Positions 48,261 through 58,828 of a stretch of 64,000 nucleotides of DNA are shown here, piece by piece. The translations under genes were made by a program, and so were the position numbers. The notes below the pieces were generated by a model that had not been told where the DNA came from, did no database searches, and saw nothing but the letters and a program-made list of their open reading frames with translations. The DNA is taken from positions 41,754 to 105,753 of the IMG/VR virus record IMGVR_UViG_3300023179_000042, one strand, 5' to 3'. This stretch comes from a virus. Position 1 is the first letter of the stretch; every line of letters starts with the position of its first letter.

Positions 48261-49243
48261 AGAACATACCTTGCGTTAAGTGGTTCGGCATAACTTTGAA
48301 CCTGTTCGCTAATTTTCTGTAGGTCGTACTCGGCACAGAATTTTAGCAGTCGAATGCCAACCTGTGGAATATTTTTTTCCGCCGTTGTAGCATCTTTAAT
48401 TGTATCATTAATTATCTGTTTGATATTCTCAGGCTGTGCTGTTAAATCACAAAGAACTACATTTCTCTGATAGTCGTCAAGCACACGATGTTCTACACCG
48501 TTATGGTCAATCCAACGCTGCAACATCATGTTATTCCAATTGTACCCTTTGCTGTTTCGGTCGGCAAATGCCTCACGGAGACCAATTTTATTCTTTGTGC
48601 CTTTTTCGCGTACTCCCGGATAAGCACTAAAGATATTGTCAGAGGTGTCGCCACGCATACACTTTTCAAATAGCGACCATTCTGGATCCGGAGCCCCTTT
48701 TGCTTCTCCAGTTTTCTTATCAACGACAGGTTTACCCTTGGCATCAAAATATCCTTCGTGTGTGGTTGTGATTTCCATTACACCATTATATTGTTTTACA
48801 TTAGGAGCGATTAATTGGGCAAAATCTCCATCAGTTGAGATAATAATGTGATTGTCATTTGGATGACTTTGAATCCAGCCGGCAATCAAATCATCTGCTT
48901 CAAGCTGAGGATGATGTAGTACAGTTGAATTAGTTTTGTTAGTAATAAAGTCTTTAAACTCGTCAAAGGTTTCCCAGAATACACGATCCTCTTCGGCTTC
49001 TCGGGGACTTTGTGCGGCACGAGCTTCACTACGCTGACGCTTATAAGGTTCGTAGATATCTTTACGCCACGAGCGACCTTCTAAGCAGAATACAACATGG
49101 TTGCCATTGAAGTCGCGCCAGGCCTTGCGTACACTTCCTAAAATAGTATGAATACTCATTCCTACTTTATCTTCAGTACTACCGCGGATTACATGCCGGG
49201 CGCGGAAAAAAGTATTAGCAGTATCTACTAGGATATAATTCAT
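48257..49243 (-). CDS. rnh: T4 RNase H-like 5'-3' flap exonuclease
   Basis: ILVD, SWRK..Y.PYK, LEADDLIA, ISTDGDFAQL and GDTSDNI motifs. Confidence 0.92.
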   Translation of the reverse strand: MNYILVDTANTFFRARHVIRGSTEDKVGMSIHTILGSVRKAWRDFNGNHVVFCLEGRSWRKDIYEPYKRQRSEARAAQSPREAEEDRVFWETFDEFKDFITNKTNSTVLHHPQLEADDLIAGWIQSHPNDNHIIISTDGDFAQLIAPNVKQYNGVMEITTTHEGYFDAKGKPVVDKKTGEAKGAPDPEWSLFEKCMRGDTSDNIFSAYPGVREKGTKNKIGLREAFADRNSKGYNWNNMMLQRWIDHNGVEHRVLDDYQRNVVLCDLTAQPENIKQIINDTIKDATTAEKNIPQVGIRLLKFCAEYDLQKISEQVQSYAEPLNARYVL

Positions 49244-49275
49244 TTAAGATTAACTTTCGATGTTTGGAATGTTTT

Positions 49276-49305
49276 ATTATAGCATAACAATAGGCGGGCT
49301 GTCAG
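49276..49305 (-). promoter_or_regulatory. Sigma70-like promoter for rnh
   Basis: CTGACA-N18-TATAAT with TG extension. Confidence 0.6.
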
Positions 49306-49337
49306 CACTAATTTTTACCAATCTGGTTAAGTATCAT

Positions 49338-49784
49338 TTAACTTACTTCGGTCCGCCCGTCATCACGCAGTGCTCGATTAACATAGCCTGCTCCTCTGCG
49401 GCTCATGTCAACTCCTTCTTCGGTACCTAAATTACGACATAATTCGTTAAACCATTGATCCACAATTTCTTCATCGGATCCTCCGGTATATCCAGCACTT
49501 CGAAGTTGAAGAATAAAATACTCGTTCCAATCTAATTCAAAAAAACCGTTACGAACATTTTCTTTATTAACATGAGTTTCAAGAACAGCCACCCAGGGCT
49601 CTTTCTTTTCAGTGGCCAGTTCTTTAGGTGTAAGTTTAGCGACACGCTCTGATTCTTTTGCCAAGGCCGCTGCTTCAGCGGCCGCTGCCGCTTGCTGAGT
49701 TGCTTCGGCAGCTTCTTTTAATGCGGCCTCAGTTTTGGCCTTAATTTTATCAATGCCGAGTAGCTTTTCAATAAATTTATTCAT
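49338..49784 (-). CDS. Hypothetical protein
   Basis: Likely start MNKFIEK overlapping queE stop; GFFELDWN motif. Confidence 0.7.
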   Translation of the reverse strand: MNKFIEKLLGIDKIKAKTEAALKEAAEATQQAAAAAEAAALAKESERVAKLTPKELATEKKEPWVAVLETHVNKENVRNGFFELDWNEYFILQLRSAGYTGGSDEEIVDQWFNELCRNLGTEEGVDMSRRGAGYVNRALRDDGRTEVS

Positions 49785-50632
49785 TAGGTCCCCCACTCGT
49801 TCTTAAACAATGGCACTTGTAGTCTGTCGCTATAACGCCATCCTTTTTTCATTGCTAGTAAGGCTACATTGCGATTATTCAATGAATAGACGCTTTCAAC
49901 TCCGCCGACCGGCATCAGATAAACGGGACCTTTAAATCCAGCTTCTCTATATTCTTTAACTGCCTGTTCGGCATCTTGTAGGTCTTGTTCATTGGTTATA
50001 ACAAACTTTAAATAAACATAACCAAAGTTTTCATAATCAACAACCACAGCAGGTTTAATAGCATCTTTCCAAGGTTCGCCGCTAACAGGTAATTTAGCAC
50101 TTACACTAAAAGTAATTTCTCTGTCAAAATGCTCATGTTTCCAGCGACTTAGATATTCTTTAAAGTCTTTGGTAAGACGCATTGTACCATTTGTTTCAAA
50201 GGTAATTTCTTTAAGACCATTCATTTTAGGATTATCGATAAGATCTGGATACTGCTTTTGCCAACCTAATAGTGGTTCGCCGCCGGTGATTACCAAATGT
50301 TCGTCGCGCCATTCTTTGTACGGAAGCGTATCCATAATCGCGTCGGCAATTGAATCAGTAGATAGAAGGGGAGATAGATGCTTAAAGCGAGGATCCCAGC
50401 TAGCGTAACTATCACAGCCTGTACTAACCAAAGGAAGGGATTTGTACTCGGTGTACTGAGTCGGGTCAATATTGTTTGCTTCTTCACTTAGTTCTCCTCT
50501 AGGCATTCCAAAGCCTTGACATTTAAAATTACATCCAAAAGTGCGAAGGAACACACTAGGCACGCCCATGTAGCGACCTTCTCCTTGAATGCTATAAAAT
50601 AACTCTGCTACTTTAATTTTGCTTTTTACCAT
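49784..50632 (-). CDS. queE: 7-carboxy-7-deazaguanine synthase (radical SAM)
   Basis: ELFYSIQGEG..G.PSVFLRTFGCNFKC...CDS, VITGGEPLL and ETNGT motifs. Confidence 0.92.
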   Translation of the reverse strand: MVKSKIKVAELFYSIQGEGRYMGVPSVFLRTFGCNFKCQGFGMPRGELSEEANNIDPTQYTEYKSLPLVSTGCDSYASWDPRFKHLSPLLSTDSIADAIMDTLPYKEWRDEHLVITGGEPLLGWQKQYPDLIDNPKMNGLKEITFETNGTMRLTKDFKEYLSRWKHEHFDREITFSVSAKLPVSGEPWKDAIKPAVVVDYENFGYVYLKFVITNEQDLQDAEQAVKEYREAGFKGPVYLMPVGGVESVYSLNNRNVALLAMKKGWRYSDRLQVPLFKNEWGT

Positions 50633-51012
50633 TTTCTATAATTGCCTTTTCCGGGAATTACATTTCTAACACCGCCAATTGGATCTTCGACATCACCATC
50701 GTATCTAGGTATTAGGTGAATGTGCGGCCACTCAACGGTTTGTCCTGCTACCTTGCCATAGTTTAATCCAACATTGAACCCATCCCATTCGCCATTTTTT
50801 ATCATTGTTTTGCCATATCGAACTGCGTCTTCAAATGCTTCACTTAAAATTCCTAAGGTGTTATATTTAGGCACAAACAATAAATGCCCAGGATTTACAG
50901 GATATTTGTCTCTATATACTACAACATGAAAGTCATCACGAACAACCTCTGTCCAGGGTGCTGTACTATCGTCGATGTGATCGGGCACATCCATAACTTT
51001 ATTATCTCTCAT
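50626..51012 (-). CDS. HIT family nucleotide hydrolase
   Basis: DKYPVNPGHLLFVPK and AGQTVEWPHIHLIPR motifs. Confidence 0.9.
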   Translation of the reverse strand: MRDNKVMDVPDHIDDSTAPWTEVVRDDFHVVVYRDKYPVNPGHLLFVPKYNTLGILSEAFEDAVRYGKTMIKNGEWDGFNVGLNYGKVAGQTVEWPHIHLIPRYDGDVEDPIGGVRNVIPGKGNYRKW

Positions 51013-51470
51013 TTAATTTTTGCTCTTTCTTTTAGGTACACGTCATTATGTATCCAATTGTTGTTAACTAAAAAACCCCATTCACGCTTTTGAGGCCCAG
51101 GCATAAACAGCGTCCAGCAATCTACACCTTCACAAAGTTCGATACGATGATAAGAAGTAGCATGACATACACGGAAATGACCAGGGCCACGCCACATTCT
51201 TTCTTCACCAATCTTTTGCCCGAGGCCGTTAAATTTTGCCACCCATTCATAATATCCGCCCTTTAAAATTAAAGTAGCGTAAGGCCATGGATGATCATGC
51301 ACATCATCGGGGTCTGACTTAAGGAACTTGTGAAGAAACACATTGAAGGGGAAACGCTTTCTATCTTTAAGAAACAGGTAGTAGCGTTCAAGGTATGGTT
51401 CATTGCTCTGTCTATCTAAAACAATTCGTTTACGGCCGATTCGTTCAAGCCATGTTAGAAACCATTTCAT
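51009..51470 (-). CDS. Cupin-fold metalloprotein
   Basis: HDHPW...GGYYE...YHRIEL metal-binding pattern. Confidence 0.7.
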   Translation of the reverse strand: MKWFLTWLERIGRKRIVLDRQSNEPYLERYYLFLKDRKRFPFNVFLHKFLKSDPDDVHDHPWPYATLILKGGYYEWVAKFNGLGQKIGEERMWRGPGHFRVCHATSYHRIELCEGVDCWTLFMPGPQKREWGFLVNNNWIHNDVYLKERAKIK

Positions 51471-52434
51471 GTTTTTTCATCCAATCGTATGTTGTTTCTA
51501 CAATTTTTAATAGAGTGCTGTTTAGAGGAGTCCATCCAGCATCTCTGATAAAATCAGTAGGGTCTGCTACAAGTTCGGCCGGATCTCCAACTCTCTGTGG
51601 TCCAAAGATAATTTTAGTATGCTGTTTGGTCACAGCCTTTACAGCAGCCACAATTTCAAGATTAGAAAATCCTCGACCTGTACCAAGATTATATGATCTA
51701 AATGTACCTTTGTCAAATGTATTTGCCAAAACAACAGCTTTAACATGAGCATCAGCTATGTCTGATACATGGAGATAATCTCTGATACAAGTTCCATCTC
51801 TTGTTTTGAAATCGTTACCGTTTATAGTGATTGGTGTATTTTCTAAAATACTTTGTACAACTCTTGGAACTAAATGTGTATCATTCCATAAATTGCCTAA
51901 TTTTCCATCTAAATCGCAACCGCAGGCATTGAAGTATCTAAGTGCTATAGATTTAAAACCATGGGCACGAGAATGATCGTTAATAATTTGTTCGCAGATT
52001 TTCTTACTATGTCCGTACGGACTAACAGGAATACCAGATGCTGCTTCTTTGATAGGCAATGTACAATTATTTCCGTACACAGCAGCACTACTACTAAAAA
52101 TAATATTGCCCTGCCAACCCAGTTTGGCAAGATCGTCTAGCATTATATTTGTTCGAGCGCAGTTGTTATTGTAGTACTCGCCGGGGTCAGCCATGCTAGG
52201 TCCTACAAGGCTTGTTCCAGCTATGTGTACAATATTTTTACTTTTATTTTCTTTAACTATTTTAGGAACAATGGTAAAGTCGTCTATAATGAGCTGATCA
52301 ATAAATTGAGCAGACTCGGGGATAGTCATTTCTCTATCTACACCGATAACTGTATAGCCTAAAGAATGAAAGGCTTTAGCGGTTTGTCCTCCGATAAAGC
52401 CCATAGCGCCTGTAATAATAACCGATTTAGACAT
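51445..52434 (-). CDS. galE: UDP-glucose 4-epimerase
   Basis: ITGAMGFIG, FSSSAAVYG, YGHSK, LRYFNA and DGTCIRDYLHV motifs. Confidence 0.92.
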   Translation of the reverse strand: MSKSVIITGAMGFIGGQTAKAFHSLGYTVIGVDREMTIPESAQFIDQLIIDDFTIVPKIVKENKSKNIVHIAGTSLVGPSMADPGEYYNNNCARTNIMLDDLAKLGWQGNIIFSSSAAVYGNNCTLPIKEAASGIPVSPYGHSKKICEQIINDHSRAHGFKSIALRYFNACGCDLDGKLGNLWNDTHLVPRVVQSILENTPITINGNDFKTRDGTCIRDYLHVSDIADAHVKAVVLANTFDKGTFRSYNLGTGRGFSNLEIVAAVKAVTKQHTKIIFGPQRVGDPAELVADPTDFIRDAGWTPLNSTLLKIVETTYDWMKKHEMVSNMA

Positions 52435-52705
52435 CTGTTTTCTTTTTAGATTTTTTGCTTTCTACACTTGCTATAGCTTCTCTTACATCTCGTTGTAATG
52501 CTCCCCGGTCGGATTCAAATTCTATGCGACCATCTTCAAATTCACGCCTAACACTGTGACTTCCGATTGTAAGTTTGGGCCATTCAGTTGATACTGATTT
52601 CTTTTTTGTCTTCTTGGGTTCGGTTTCACCTAGTGTTACTTCTGCCGCTAATTTAGATATTTCTGATATAATTTCTTTTTCAGTTTTCTTTTTTCTTGTT
52701 GCTAT
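52427..52705 (-). CDS. Unannotated 92-aa basic protein with ATA start
   Basis: GAGG SD then ATA GCA ACA AGA AAA; 92 sense codons to TAA overlapping galE ATG; fills the guaC-galE gap. Confidence 0.6.
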   Translation of the reverse strand: MATRKKKTEKEIISEISKLAAEVTLGETEPKKTKKKSVSTEWPKLTIGSHSVRREFEDGRIEFESDRGALQRDVREAIASVESKKSKKKTDV

Positions 52706-52709
52706 AATA

Positions 52710-53807
52710 TTACCTCACAAACACATCGTTAATTTGACGATTAACACGAATGAATGTTGTACACTTGCTTAACTGCTTTAAAGTGGCAGCACCGACATAG
52801 GTACATGTACTGCGTAGTCCCCCTAAGATATCTAGTACAGTATTCTTTACAGGACCACGATATGGTACTTCAACAGTACGTCCTTCACTACTTCGATATT
52901 CAGCAACACCTCCGTGGTGTTTTTCCATAGCGGTGTCACTGCTCATACCATAGAATTGAACAAATTGTTTTTTGTAGGCATAGAACTCATAAGTCCCAGC
53001 ATTGTGATTTGAAATAAATTGCTCACCGTTTTCGTTAAAATATTTTGTGATTACTTTGCCACCGCCTTCATCATGCCCGGCCAACATGCCGCCTAGCATT
53101 ACGAAGTCCGCACCAGCGCCGAAAGCCTTAGCAACATCACCAGGGCAAACACATCCACCGTCAGCAATAATATGAGCACCAAGACCGTGAGCGGCATCGG
53201 CACATTCAATAATTGCACTAAGCTGTGGGTAGCCCACACCAGTTTGGATACGAGTAGTACAAACGCTACCAGGGCCGATGCCCACTTTAATAATATCTGC
53301 CCCACGGTAAATTAACTCCTGTGCCATATCTGCAGTGACAACATTTCCGGCAATAATAGTACAGTACGGAAATGACTTACGAACTCGCTGAACAAAATCA
53401 CCGAAATGCTCACTATATCCGTTAGCAACATCAATGCAGATAAAATGAAGTTCAGGATAACCATCTAATATATTTTGTAACCTTTCGAAATCATCTTCGC
53501 TTGTACCTGTACTAACAGCCATATAGTTGCCACCAATGGCTTTAACTGTTTCTTCTAAATCAGTATATTCATAGTTTTTGGTAAGGCATGTGAACAGTCT
53601 ATGATCGTATAACGCTCGAGACATTTCCAATGTCCCTACACCGTCCATATTAGCAGCCATGATAGGAACACCAGTCCATTCCCAACCGCTATGCTTAAAC
53701 TTGTATGTACGATTTAGATCAACATCTTTACGACTTGCTAATGTACTACGCTTTGGGCGAATTAGTACATCTCGAAAATCAAGTTTAATTTCGTCTTCGA
53801 TACGCAT
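52710..53807 (-). CDS. guaC: GMP reductase
   Basis: [49 protein letters not shown] and YRSSEG motifs. Confidence 0.95.
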   Translation of the reverse strand: MRIEDEIKLDFRDVLIRPKRSTLASRKDVDLNRTYKFKHSGWEWTGVPIMAANMDGVGTLEMSRALYDHRLFTCLTKNYEYTDLEETVKAIGGNYMAVSTGTSEDDFERLQNILDGYPELHFICIDVANGYSEHFGDFVQRVRKSFPYCTIIAGNVVTADMAQELIYRGADIIKVGIGPGSVCTTRIQTGVGYPQLSAIIECADAAHGLGAHIIADGGCVCPGDVAKAFGAGADFVMLGGMLAGHDEGGGKVITKYFNENGEQFISNHNAGTYEFYAYKKQFVQFYGMSSDTAMEKHHGGVAEYRSSEGRTVEVPYRGPVKNTVLDILGGLRSTCTYVGAATLKQLSKCTTFIRVNRQINDVFVR

Positions 53808-55006
53808 TAGTACTTACTCTCTTTGCTATACTTGCGATAGTCGGTGCTCATACGCCGCCACTGTTCGCCTTTGCCTTCCATAATATCGCAAATACGATCA
53901 ATAGTTCCGTCTGTCCAGTCGCTAATATGTCCGACCTTGTTATGAGGTTCTTTTAATAAACGAATTAGTTTGTTTAAAGCATCTTTTATGCTCCAGGGAA
54001 CATAGAGCCGTTCTGGATCATTGGAAAAGATTTCTGGGAAACTACGATAAGCAGGATACAAGACATTACAACCCAAAGTGTCAGCCTCTGAAACAGTGTT
54101 AGAGACCCAATCCTGAAGGGCACAATTAAAAAGAACGCGAGTATCATTGAGCAAAGAATAGTAGTCATTTTTACTTAGATCTTCGTAGATTGTCAGTTGT
54201 CCTAGGCTTTCTAACTTTCGTGTCCTTTCCATATAGCTGTTATTATTGCTTTTTAATTTAGCACCGCTAAACAAAGCAAATTCAACACGCGGAAGTTCTA
54301 CACCTTTGTCTAATATATTTTGCCTTAGCTTGTTATAGGATTCAATTAAATCCATATAAAAGTCAGGTTGCTTTTCTTGATCCCACCGAGCTGCAAAACC
54401 AACACGCATAGATCTTTCATTAAATGGAATAATTTCTTTTACTCGCCCGCGAACTTCTGCCTTACCAAACGCTAACCCACTAATGTTATAGATCGGTGCT
54501 TCCCAGCCAGCAACCTTCATGTGCATGACCATTTCTTCGTTGCTGGCAAGAACTCCGGTTACAAATGAGTCCACCATCTTTTCGTAGAGACCCATCCACT
54601 TGCTCATGCCCCAAACATGAACAAAGTCATCGGGGTCGATACTTTGTGCTAGGCAGCGAACAAAGATTTTTGGTCTTAGATTTTCTGGAACTTGATTAAG
54701 AATATAAGGAAGACTTTCAATACCAGGTTGAAACATGTCTTCAAAGTAGACAACATCTTCACTGGTAACTTCTCCGGCCTTCATCATACGCACAAGGTTC
54801 ATAAGTTGACTCATGCCAAAGTATGTGCGTCCATGTGCGTCTAGAACTTGCCCGGTTACAATGGCCTGATCGTTGCTGAGTGTTTCACCGGGTACCAATA
54901 TATAATTGATACCGCGGCGTTTAAATACAGCTTCGTTCCAGTCTTGTAACTGTAATGTGTAACGGGCCTTGTAGGGCTCAAGACCCATGTAAAATAGTTT
55001 TCTCAT
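53807..55006 (-). CDS. GT-B fold glycosyltransferase
   Basis: [13 protein letters not shown] and [29 protein letters not shown] donor-binding region of GT4-like enzymes. Confidence 0.75.
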   Translation of the reverse strand: MRKLFYMGLEPYKARYTLQLQDWNEAVFKRRGINYILVPGETLSNDQAIVTGQVLDAHGRTYFGMSQLMNLVRMMKAGEVTSEDVVYFEDMFQPGIESLPYILNQVPENLRPKIFVRCLAQSIDPDDFVHVWGMSKWMGLYEKMVDSFVTGVLASNEEMVMHMKVAGWEAPIYNISGLAFGKAEVRGRVKEIIPFNERSMRVGFAARWDQEKQPDFYMDLIESYNKLRQNILDKGVELPRVEFALFSGAKLKSNNNSYMERTRKLESLGQLTIYEDLSKNDYYSLLNDTRVLFNCALQDWVSNTVSEADTLGCNVLYPAYRSFPEIFSNDPERLYVPWSIKDALNKLIRLLKEPHNKVGHISDWTDGTIDRICDIMEGKGEQWRRMSTDYRKYSKESKY

Positions 55007-55245
55007 TAGTTGTTATTATTGTTATAACGAGGCTTAAACTCTTTTTTACCTAGATATGGCTTTCTTTCGCCATTCCGGGCTGGGCGAGCAAAATCCTTGT
55101 ATTCCTTAGATTTATATAAATCTTTAGGATCGTAATTTAGTAGATTAAATCGACAGTGATCTAACCACGCATCAAGATCGTCAAAAATCTTTTCGACTTC
55201 GGGCTTCATACGAAGAGTCTTTTGAATATAAGCAGGTTGTGCCAT
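55006..55245 (-). CDS. Hypothetical protein
   Basis: TAATG-coupled ORF in operon. Confidence 0.7.
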   Translation of the reverse strand: MAQPAYIQKTLRMKPEVEKIFDDLDAWLDHCRFNLLNYDPKDLYKSKEYKDFARPARNGERKPYLGKKEFKPRYNNNNN

Positions 55246-55250
55246 TTTGT

Positions 55251-55652
55251 TTATTTGTGATAATGTAAAGATACAGGGAATTTAATGAAGCAACCGTTTT
55301 CGTTATCTTCACTAACGCTAATCCAGGTTTCACGGCCTGGATATCTTGCGATGATTGTTGCGTGAAGATCACGAGCAATCATTTCGCAGGATTTATAGTT
55401 GAGCTCAAGGGTGCCGTCGGAGTAGCACTTCTCGAGCCAACGCTTAAACTGAATAAACTCAATATCGCGATCGTCATGAAACACTTCAATATAGATCTTA
55501 AAATGAAAGATGTGACGATGTGGAGTAGACAGGAACGATACATTGTATTCGTCGTTTGTATTTAGATTAGGATCTGTTGCCGCTGCCGGATAACAATGAA
55601 TACCCTCTTTGGTAAAGGTTACCCAGATCATAGATTTTTCTTTTTCACTCAT
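55251..55652 (-). CDS. dpdL: QueD-like T-fold protein, DpdL-type (putative CDG decarboxylase)
   Basis: EGIH, LSTPHRHIF (LxxxHRHxF instead of QueD CxxxHGH), SCEMIA and VSEDNENG motifs. Confidence 0.65.
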   Translation of the reverse strand: MSEKEKSMIWVTFTKEGIHCYPAAATDPNLNTNDEYNVSFLSTPHRHIFHFKIYIEVFHDDRDIEFIQFKRWLEKCYSDGTLELNYKSCEMIARDLHATIIARYPGRETWISVSEDNENGCFIKFPVSLHYHK

Positions 55653-56185
55653 TTAATAATTTCGTCCTTGGTATATTTAGACCAGTTAGTAAATTTATCT
55701 CTGCTTTTTAGATCGTGAACACTATGACACCAAACTCCAGGATTGCTGTAGTTAAAATCGCTATCGTCAAGTTTAAGTATAGCATTATAGTTTAGTAGTT
55801 GTATATAGGGTAATTTTGCCGAAATCATCGGAATAAACTTATTTGACTCACAAAGTCCTGATTCAGCAAGACCTTCGACGCAAGAAATATCTAAATCAAG
55901 TGTACACCAAAAATCTTTTTCAAGAAAATGATAAATCATAGTTTCCCATTTAGCCCATTCTCCGCCGTCATTTACTTTGAGATTAGGAAAACTTTGATTG
56001 GCACCAAAATAGATATGATTAATGTCTTTTAGCGTAACCTTTGAAAGCCATTCTTGTATTTCAGAGACGGGTTGAACTCCTACTACAAATAAGGTTTTCA
56101 TACCATAGGCAGCAGTATGCTCAACTTCTTTACCAACAAAGAAAACAACATTTTCTTCAGTACCTTCGGTGTAGACTCTTTTCAT
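55649..56185 (-). CDS. Hypothetical protein in deazaguanine cluster
   Basis: HIYFGANQSF and NPGVWCH motifs; between DpdA-like and DpdL-like genes. Confidence 0.7.
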   Translation of the reverse strand: MKRVYTEGTEENVVFFVGKEVEHTAAYGMKTLFVVGVQPVSEIQEWLSKVTLKDINHIYFGANQSFPNLKVNDGGEWAKWETMIYHFLEKDFWCTLDLDISCVEGLAESGLCESNKFIPMISAKLPYIQLLNYNAILKLDDSDFNYSNPGVWCHSVHDLKSRDKFTNWSKYTKDEIIK

Positions 56186-56186
56186 T

Positions 56187-57737
56187 TTATTCCCTTACAG
56201 AATTTTCCATAGCAACAAGTGTCTCGTCATTAGGATCATCTACATCAACTTCATCGACACTTGTAACTTCTTCAACAGCAAATAAACTGTGGAATTTATT
56301 ACGAGCAGGACCACCTTGTAGTCGAGCGCCGTCAAGGCTTTGTAGAAATACAGATGCTTGACTGATTAGATCAAATGCTTCTGCCTTGTTCTTTGTGTTA
56401 AACAATTCTTCAACAAAAGTTTCAAAGTAAAGAATGTTTCTTGGGACAAAAGGACTTGTCTCATCTTTGTTAGCATTTTTACTGCTAAGTTTTTCCCATT
56501 GGCGCCAAGTTTTGCTAAATTTTGCGTGTTCAATATCAGAAAGATGGTTTGCCTTTTGTACAGCATTAATATGCTGATAAACATTATGCCCCATCATTAG
56601 TGCGTAGGCAAAACTATCCCACGAGGTTTTACCTTCTTTGCCAACTTTATTTAGATCGCCTGGAGCATAATAGCAAATATCGCCCATTGTCAGTCTGCGA
56701 CCGATTTCGCTTTCAAACGGGAATGGGATGTTGCTGCCTGCAAGTGCTTTGTTATCTGGGGCTTTGTCCATAACAGTACTCCACTTTTTGGGCGTGTGGA
56801 CTGGATCTGTGTAGCAGAGTCCGTGTGCTGTTGCGACAAACGGTGAGGCGCAGTCAAAAGATATGGTAATTTCTTCATTAATATGTTTCCTAATTTGTCG
56901 TTGAATAGAGGTCAGATAACAACTCCAATCTAACTGAGCGGTACCCAGGAAGTGGATCCAATTTTTGCCTTTGAGCAAACCATCTTCTCTTAAGGTCATT
57001 AGACGCTTGAGAGTAATATCCATTTTACACATGTTAACGCCACCGAATGCCCAACCTTCGGCAGCTTTATCACCCCATATAGCAGGATCGCTGTATTCTT
57101 TAACTCCTTGATACCACTCTTCGGCCATATCCCAATCGCTACCTTGTAGCACGTTTAAGAACTTGGTATGTCCTAGTCTACGCTTTAACCAGTATTCGTT
57201 ATTAAATCTTGTTTTTTCAAGACAATCTCTAATGCTTTTTAGACCTGTTCTTTCTTTGTTTTCATCTAAACATGCCCATGTAGGAACATCTAGCATCATA
57301 GACCAATCTGCTGTAAATTCTAACCAGGCGAGAATGTCATCTCGGATCTTGTTTGCAGCAGGACCGTCGAAGTTTTTCCAATCAAATTGAATAACACCTT
57401 TGCCAATTTGGTAACCACCTGAGTCTCCTAGTATCATTGTGTTATTTTTGTCTCGGCTATGTATCATGCTATCTTGTGTGATAGCCTTATTTAGATCTAG
57501 CTGTGCGTGACCTGCTGAGTACAAGGCATACTTGTAATAGAAATATCCTTGTTCGGGATTAAGAAAATTCATTCCTTCGATGCCACGATCAAATCCTTTA
57601 GGAATACGATCTTGTGGAACAAAGTCTCCTAGCCTCTGCTTGGCAATATAGGTACTGTAGAAACTGCTGATTGCTGGTAGATATACAGCATAGTCTCTCT
57701 GTAAGGGTGTTAGGTCAACCGGTGGTCTTTTCTTCAT
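56187..57737 (-). CDS. dpdA: TGT-fold DNA transglycosylase (DpdA-like)
   Basis: ILGDSGGYQ, MLDVP, LNVLQG, IHFLG and SFDCASPF motifs; clustered with queE. Confidence 0.8.
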   Translation of the reverse strand: MKKRPPVDLTPLQRDYAVYLPAISSFYSTYIAKQRLGDFVPQDRIPKGFDRGIEGMNFLNPEQGYFYYKYALYSAGHAQLDLNKAITQDSMIHSRDKNNTMILGDSGGYQIGKGVIQFDWKNFDGPAANKIRDDILAWLEFTADWSMMLDVPTWACLDENKERTGLKSIRDCLEKTRFNNEYWLKRRLGHTKFLNVLQGSDWDMAEEWYQGVKEYSDPAIWGDKAAEGWAFGGVNMCKMDITLKRLMTLREDGLLKGKNWIHFLGTAQLDWSCYLTSIQRQIRKHINEEITISFDCASPFVATAHGLCYTDPVHTPKKWSTVMDKAPDNKALAGSNIPFPFESEIGRRLTMGDICYYAPGDLNKVGKEGKTSWDSFAYALMMGHNVYQHINAVQKANHLSDIEHAKFSKTWRQWEKLSSKNANKDETSPFVPRNILYFETFVEELFNTKNKAEAFDLISQASVFLQSLDGARLQGGPARNKFHSLFAVEEVTSVDEVDVDDPNDETLVAMENSVRE

Positions 57738-58080
57738 CTTTAGCCAAATAAGTAGTAATTTTCAATTGTTCTTCTGCACGTTTTAGGTTTTCATAGGCAG
57801 CTTTGACAGCAGGATTATTTTGAATTAAATTTTTTATTTCTAATTCTTCGTTACGCTTTTGTCTTGCCCAATCTAGCAATTCCTCAGCCTCTGGAGTTAG
57901 GCCAACAGTAACATAAGAATTACCAATTTGTTGCCACATATTACCATCATAAACCTCTAGGTTATTGTTATAATACCTAGTCATTCCTGCCATAGGTGCG
58001 CCATTATTTTGATAGTTTGTAGAAGAAGTCGAGCCTCCACTTACCGTCATATAACGGCCACCTATTATGCCTTTTATCAT
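57715..58080 (-). CDS. Hypothetical protein
   Basis: ATGA-coupled to clamp; NPAVKAAYE coiled-coil C-terminus. Confidence 0.7.
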   Translation of the reverse strand: MIKGIIGGRYMTVSGGSTSSTNYQNNGAPMAGMTRYYNNNLEVYDGNMWQQIGNSYVTVGLTPEAEELLDWARQKRNEELEIKNLIQNNPAVKAAYENLKRAEEQLKITTYLAKDEEKTTG

Positions 58081-58811
58081 GCGTTTGCTGGAATAATATA
58101 CTTGTAGGTAGCCAAACCACTGTCTAAGGTAATCTGCATAGCGGCTTCATCACTGAAACTAATGGTTGTGTTATTAACATCAGCAGCCTTTAGGATAGCC
58201 AACACAGGTGCTACAGGCCAAGTCCAAGCCTTGCTTAGTTTACCAGCGACATTGGTAGCAAATACAAATTCGCCTCCGTGTGTGCTAACATCGCCGAATG
58301 TAAATTTAAGATTGTTATTGTCAACGCGGGCAAGGAAATAAGTATGTTCGGTGTTAGCACCTGCTTGAAAAGCAAATCGCTGAATAGCATTTAGTTCTGG
58401 CTTGACTTCAACATGCCACTTTACACCCTTGAATACAATAGTTTTCAACTTTTCGTTAATGACTTCTGTACTCATAAACTTATAGTCATTCTTAAAATCG
58501 CCGGCTTTGTTTTCAAAGTGGATACCTACAGGAACTTCGGCACCATTTCGTTGGCCTGTTTGAATTTCAATCTTGGCATCTTTTTGATATTCGGAACCAT
58601 CAAGGATATAACGAAGTTTTTCTAACTGTGGCATACCAAACACTCCGATCATTTCTGGATACGGGTTTGCTGTTTCGGCAAACATAATCACAGTACGATC
58701 ATCAGCCATGCTAGTAATCGCGGTCTTGTCTTCGTCGCCAGTGACCTTAACGATGTTAAGGAAGCCTAATTTCTGTGTGTGGGACACAATGTCTTGTAGA
58801 ATATCTTTCAT
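58077..58811 (-). CDS. gp45: Sliding clamp (gp45/PCNA-like)
   Basis: 244 aa, follows DNA polymerase, C-terminal YKYIIPA as in clamps. Confidence 0.65.
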   Translation of the reverse strand: MKDILQDIVSHTQKLGFLNIVKVTGDEDKTAITSMADDRTVIMFAETANPYPEMIGVFGMPQLEKLRYILDGSEYQKDAKIEIQTGQRNGAEVPVGIHFENKAGDFKNDYKFMSTEVINEKLKTIVFKGVKWHVEVKPELNAIQRFAFQAGANTEHTYFLARVDNNNLKFTFGDVSTHGGEFVFATNVAGKLSKAWTWPVAPVLAILKAADVNNTTISFSDEAAMQITLDSGLATYKYIIPANA

Positions 58812-58828
58812 ATAAATCTCCTTGTTTA

